From an uncultured cyanobacterium (lineage in GTDB: Bacteria; Cyanobacteriota; Cyanobacteriia; Cyanobacteriales; CAWCAG01), in the NCBI GenBank assembly GCA_963793425.1, contig CAWCAG010000005.1:832001-896000 (forward strand): a stretch of 64,000 nt of DNA, given 5' to 3'. The notes below the pieces were generated by a model. The model did no database searches. It saw nothing but the letters and a program-made list of their open reading frames with translations, and was not told where the DNA came from. This document shows positions 63,960 through 64,000 of the stretch, piece after piece. Each line of letters begins with the position of its first letter. Within the stretch, counting starts at the first letter, position 1. Both the position numbers and the translations under genes were made by a program.

Positions 63960-64000
63960 GGGGATAATTGGTTTAGGATTAATTACAAGCGACCAAATTA

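Overview
Cyanobacterial chromosome segment, judged from abundant HIP1 GCGATCGC sites, short tandem repeats, an ssaA/6S RNA, flv3, dnaK and rplU-rpmA. Most of it is housekeeping and signalling genes. The standout is a compact + strand locus at ~20.7-23.76 kb: LexA-like boxes and a sigma70 promoter -> 66-aa protein -> four tandem structured RNAs -> divergent L7/L12 paralog -> fifth RNA -> Ro60/TROVE-like vWA protein -> terminator, convergent with a mazEF pair. The five RNAs share one carrier stem (5' stem..CC..AAGCTTACATAC / AGCTT..ACTT..3' stem), and each carries a different tRNA-derived cargo: a complete circularly permuted tRNA with an intact GCG anticodon arm; a non-permuted D/anticodon(CAA)/T body; a YrlA-like permuted class I tRNA; a permuted class II tRNA with a variable arm; and a bare Asp-type anticodon hairpin. 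This reads as a modular Y-RNA-like tRNA-mimic array serving a Ro-like protein. The window also holds paired P-loop ATPases, an MglAB-like operon, REP/MITE-like palindromes, truncated isiB and vapC relics, and five single-base frameshifts that may be assembly errors. All calls come from reading motifs by eye; no database searches were run.
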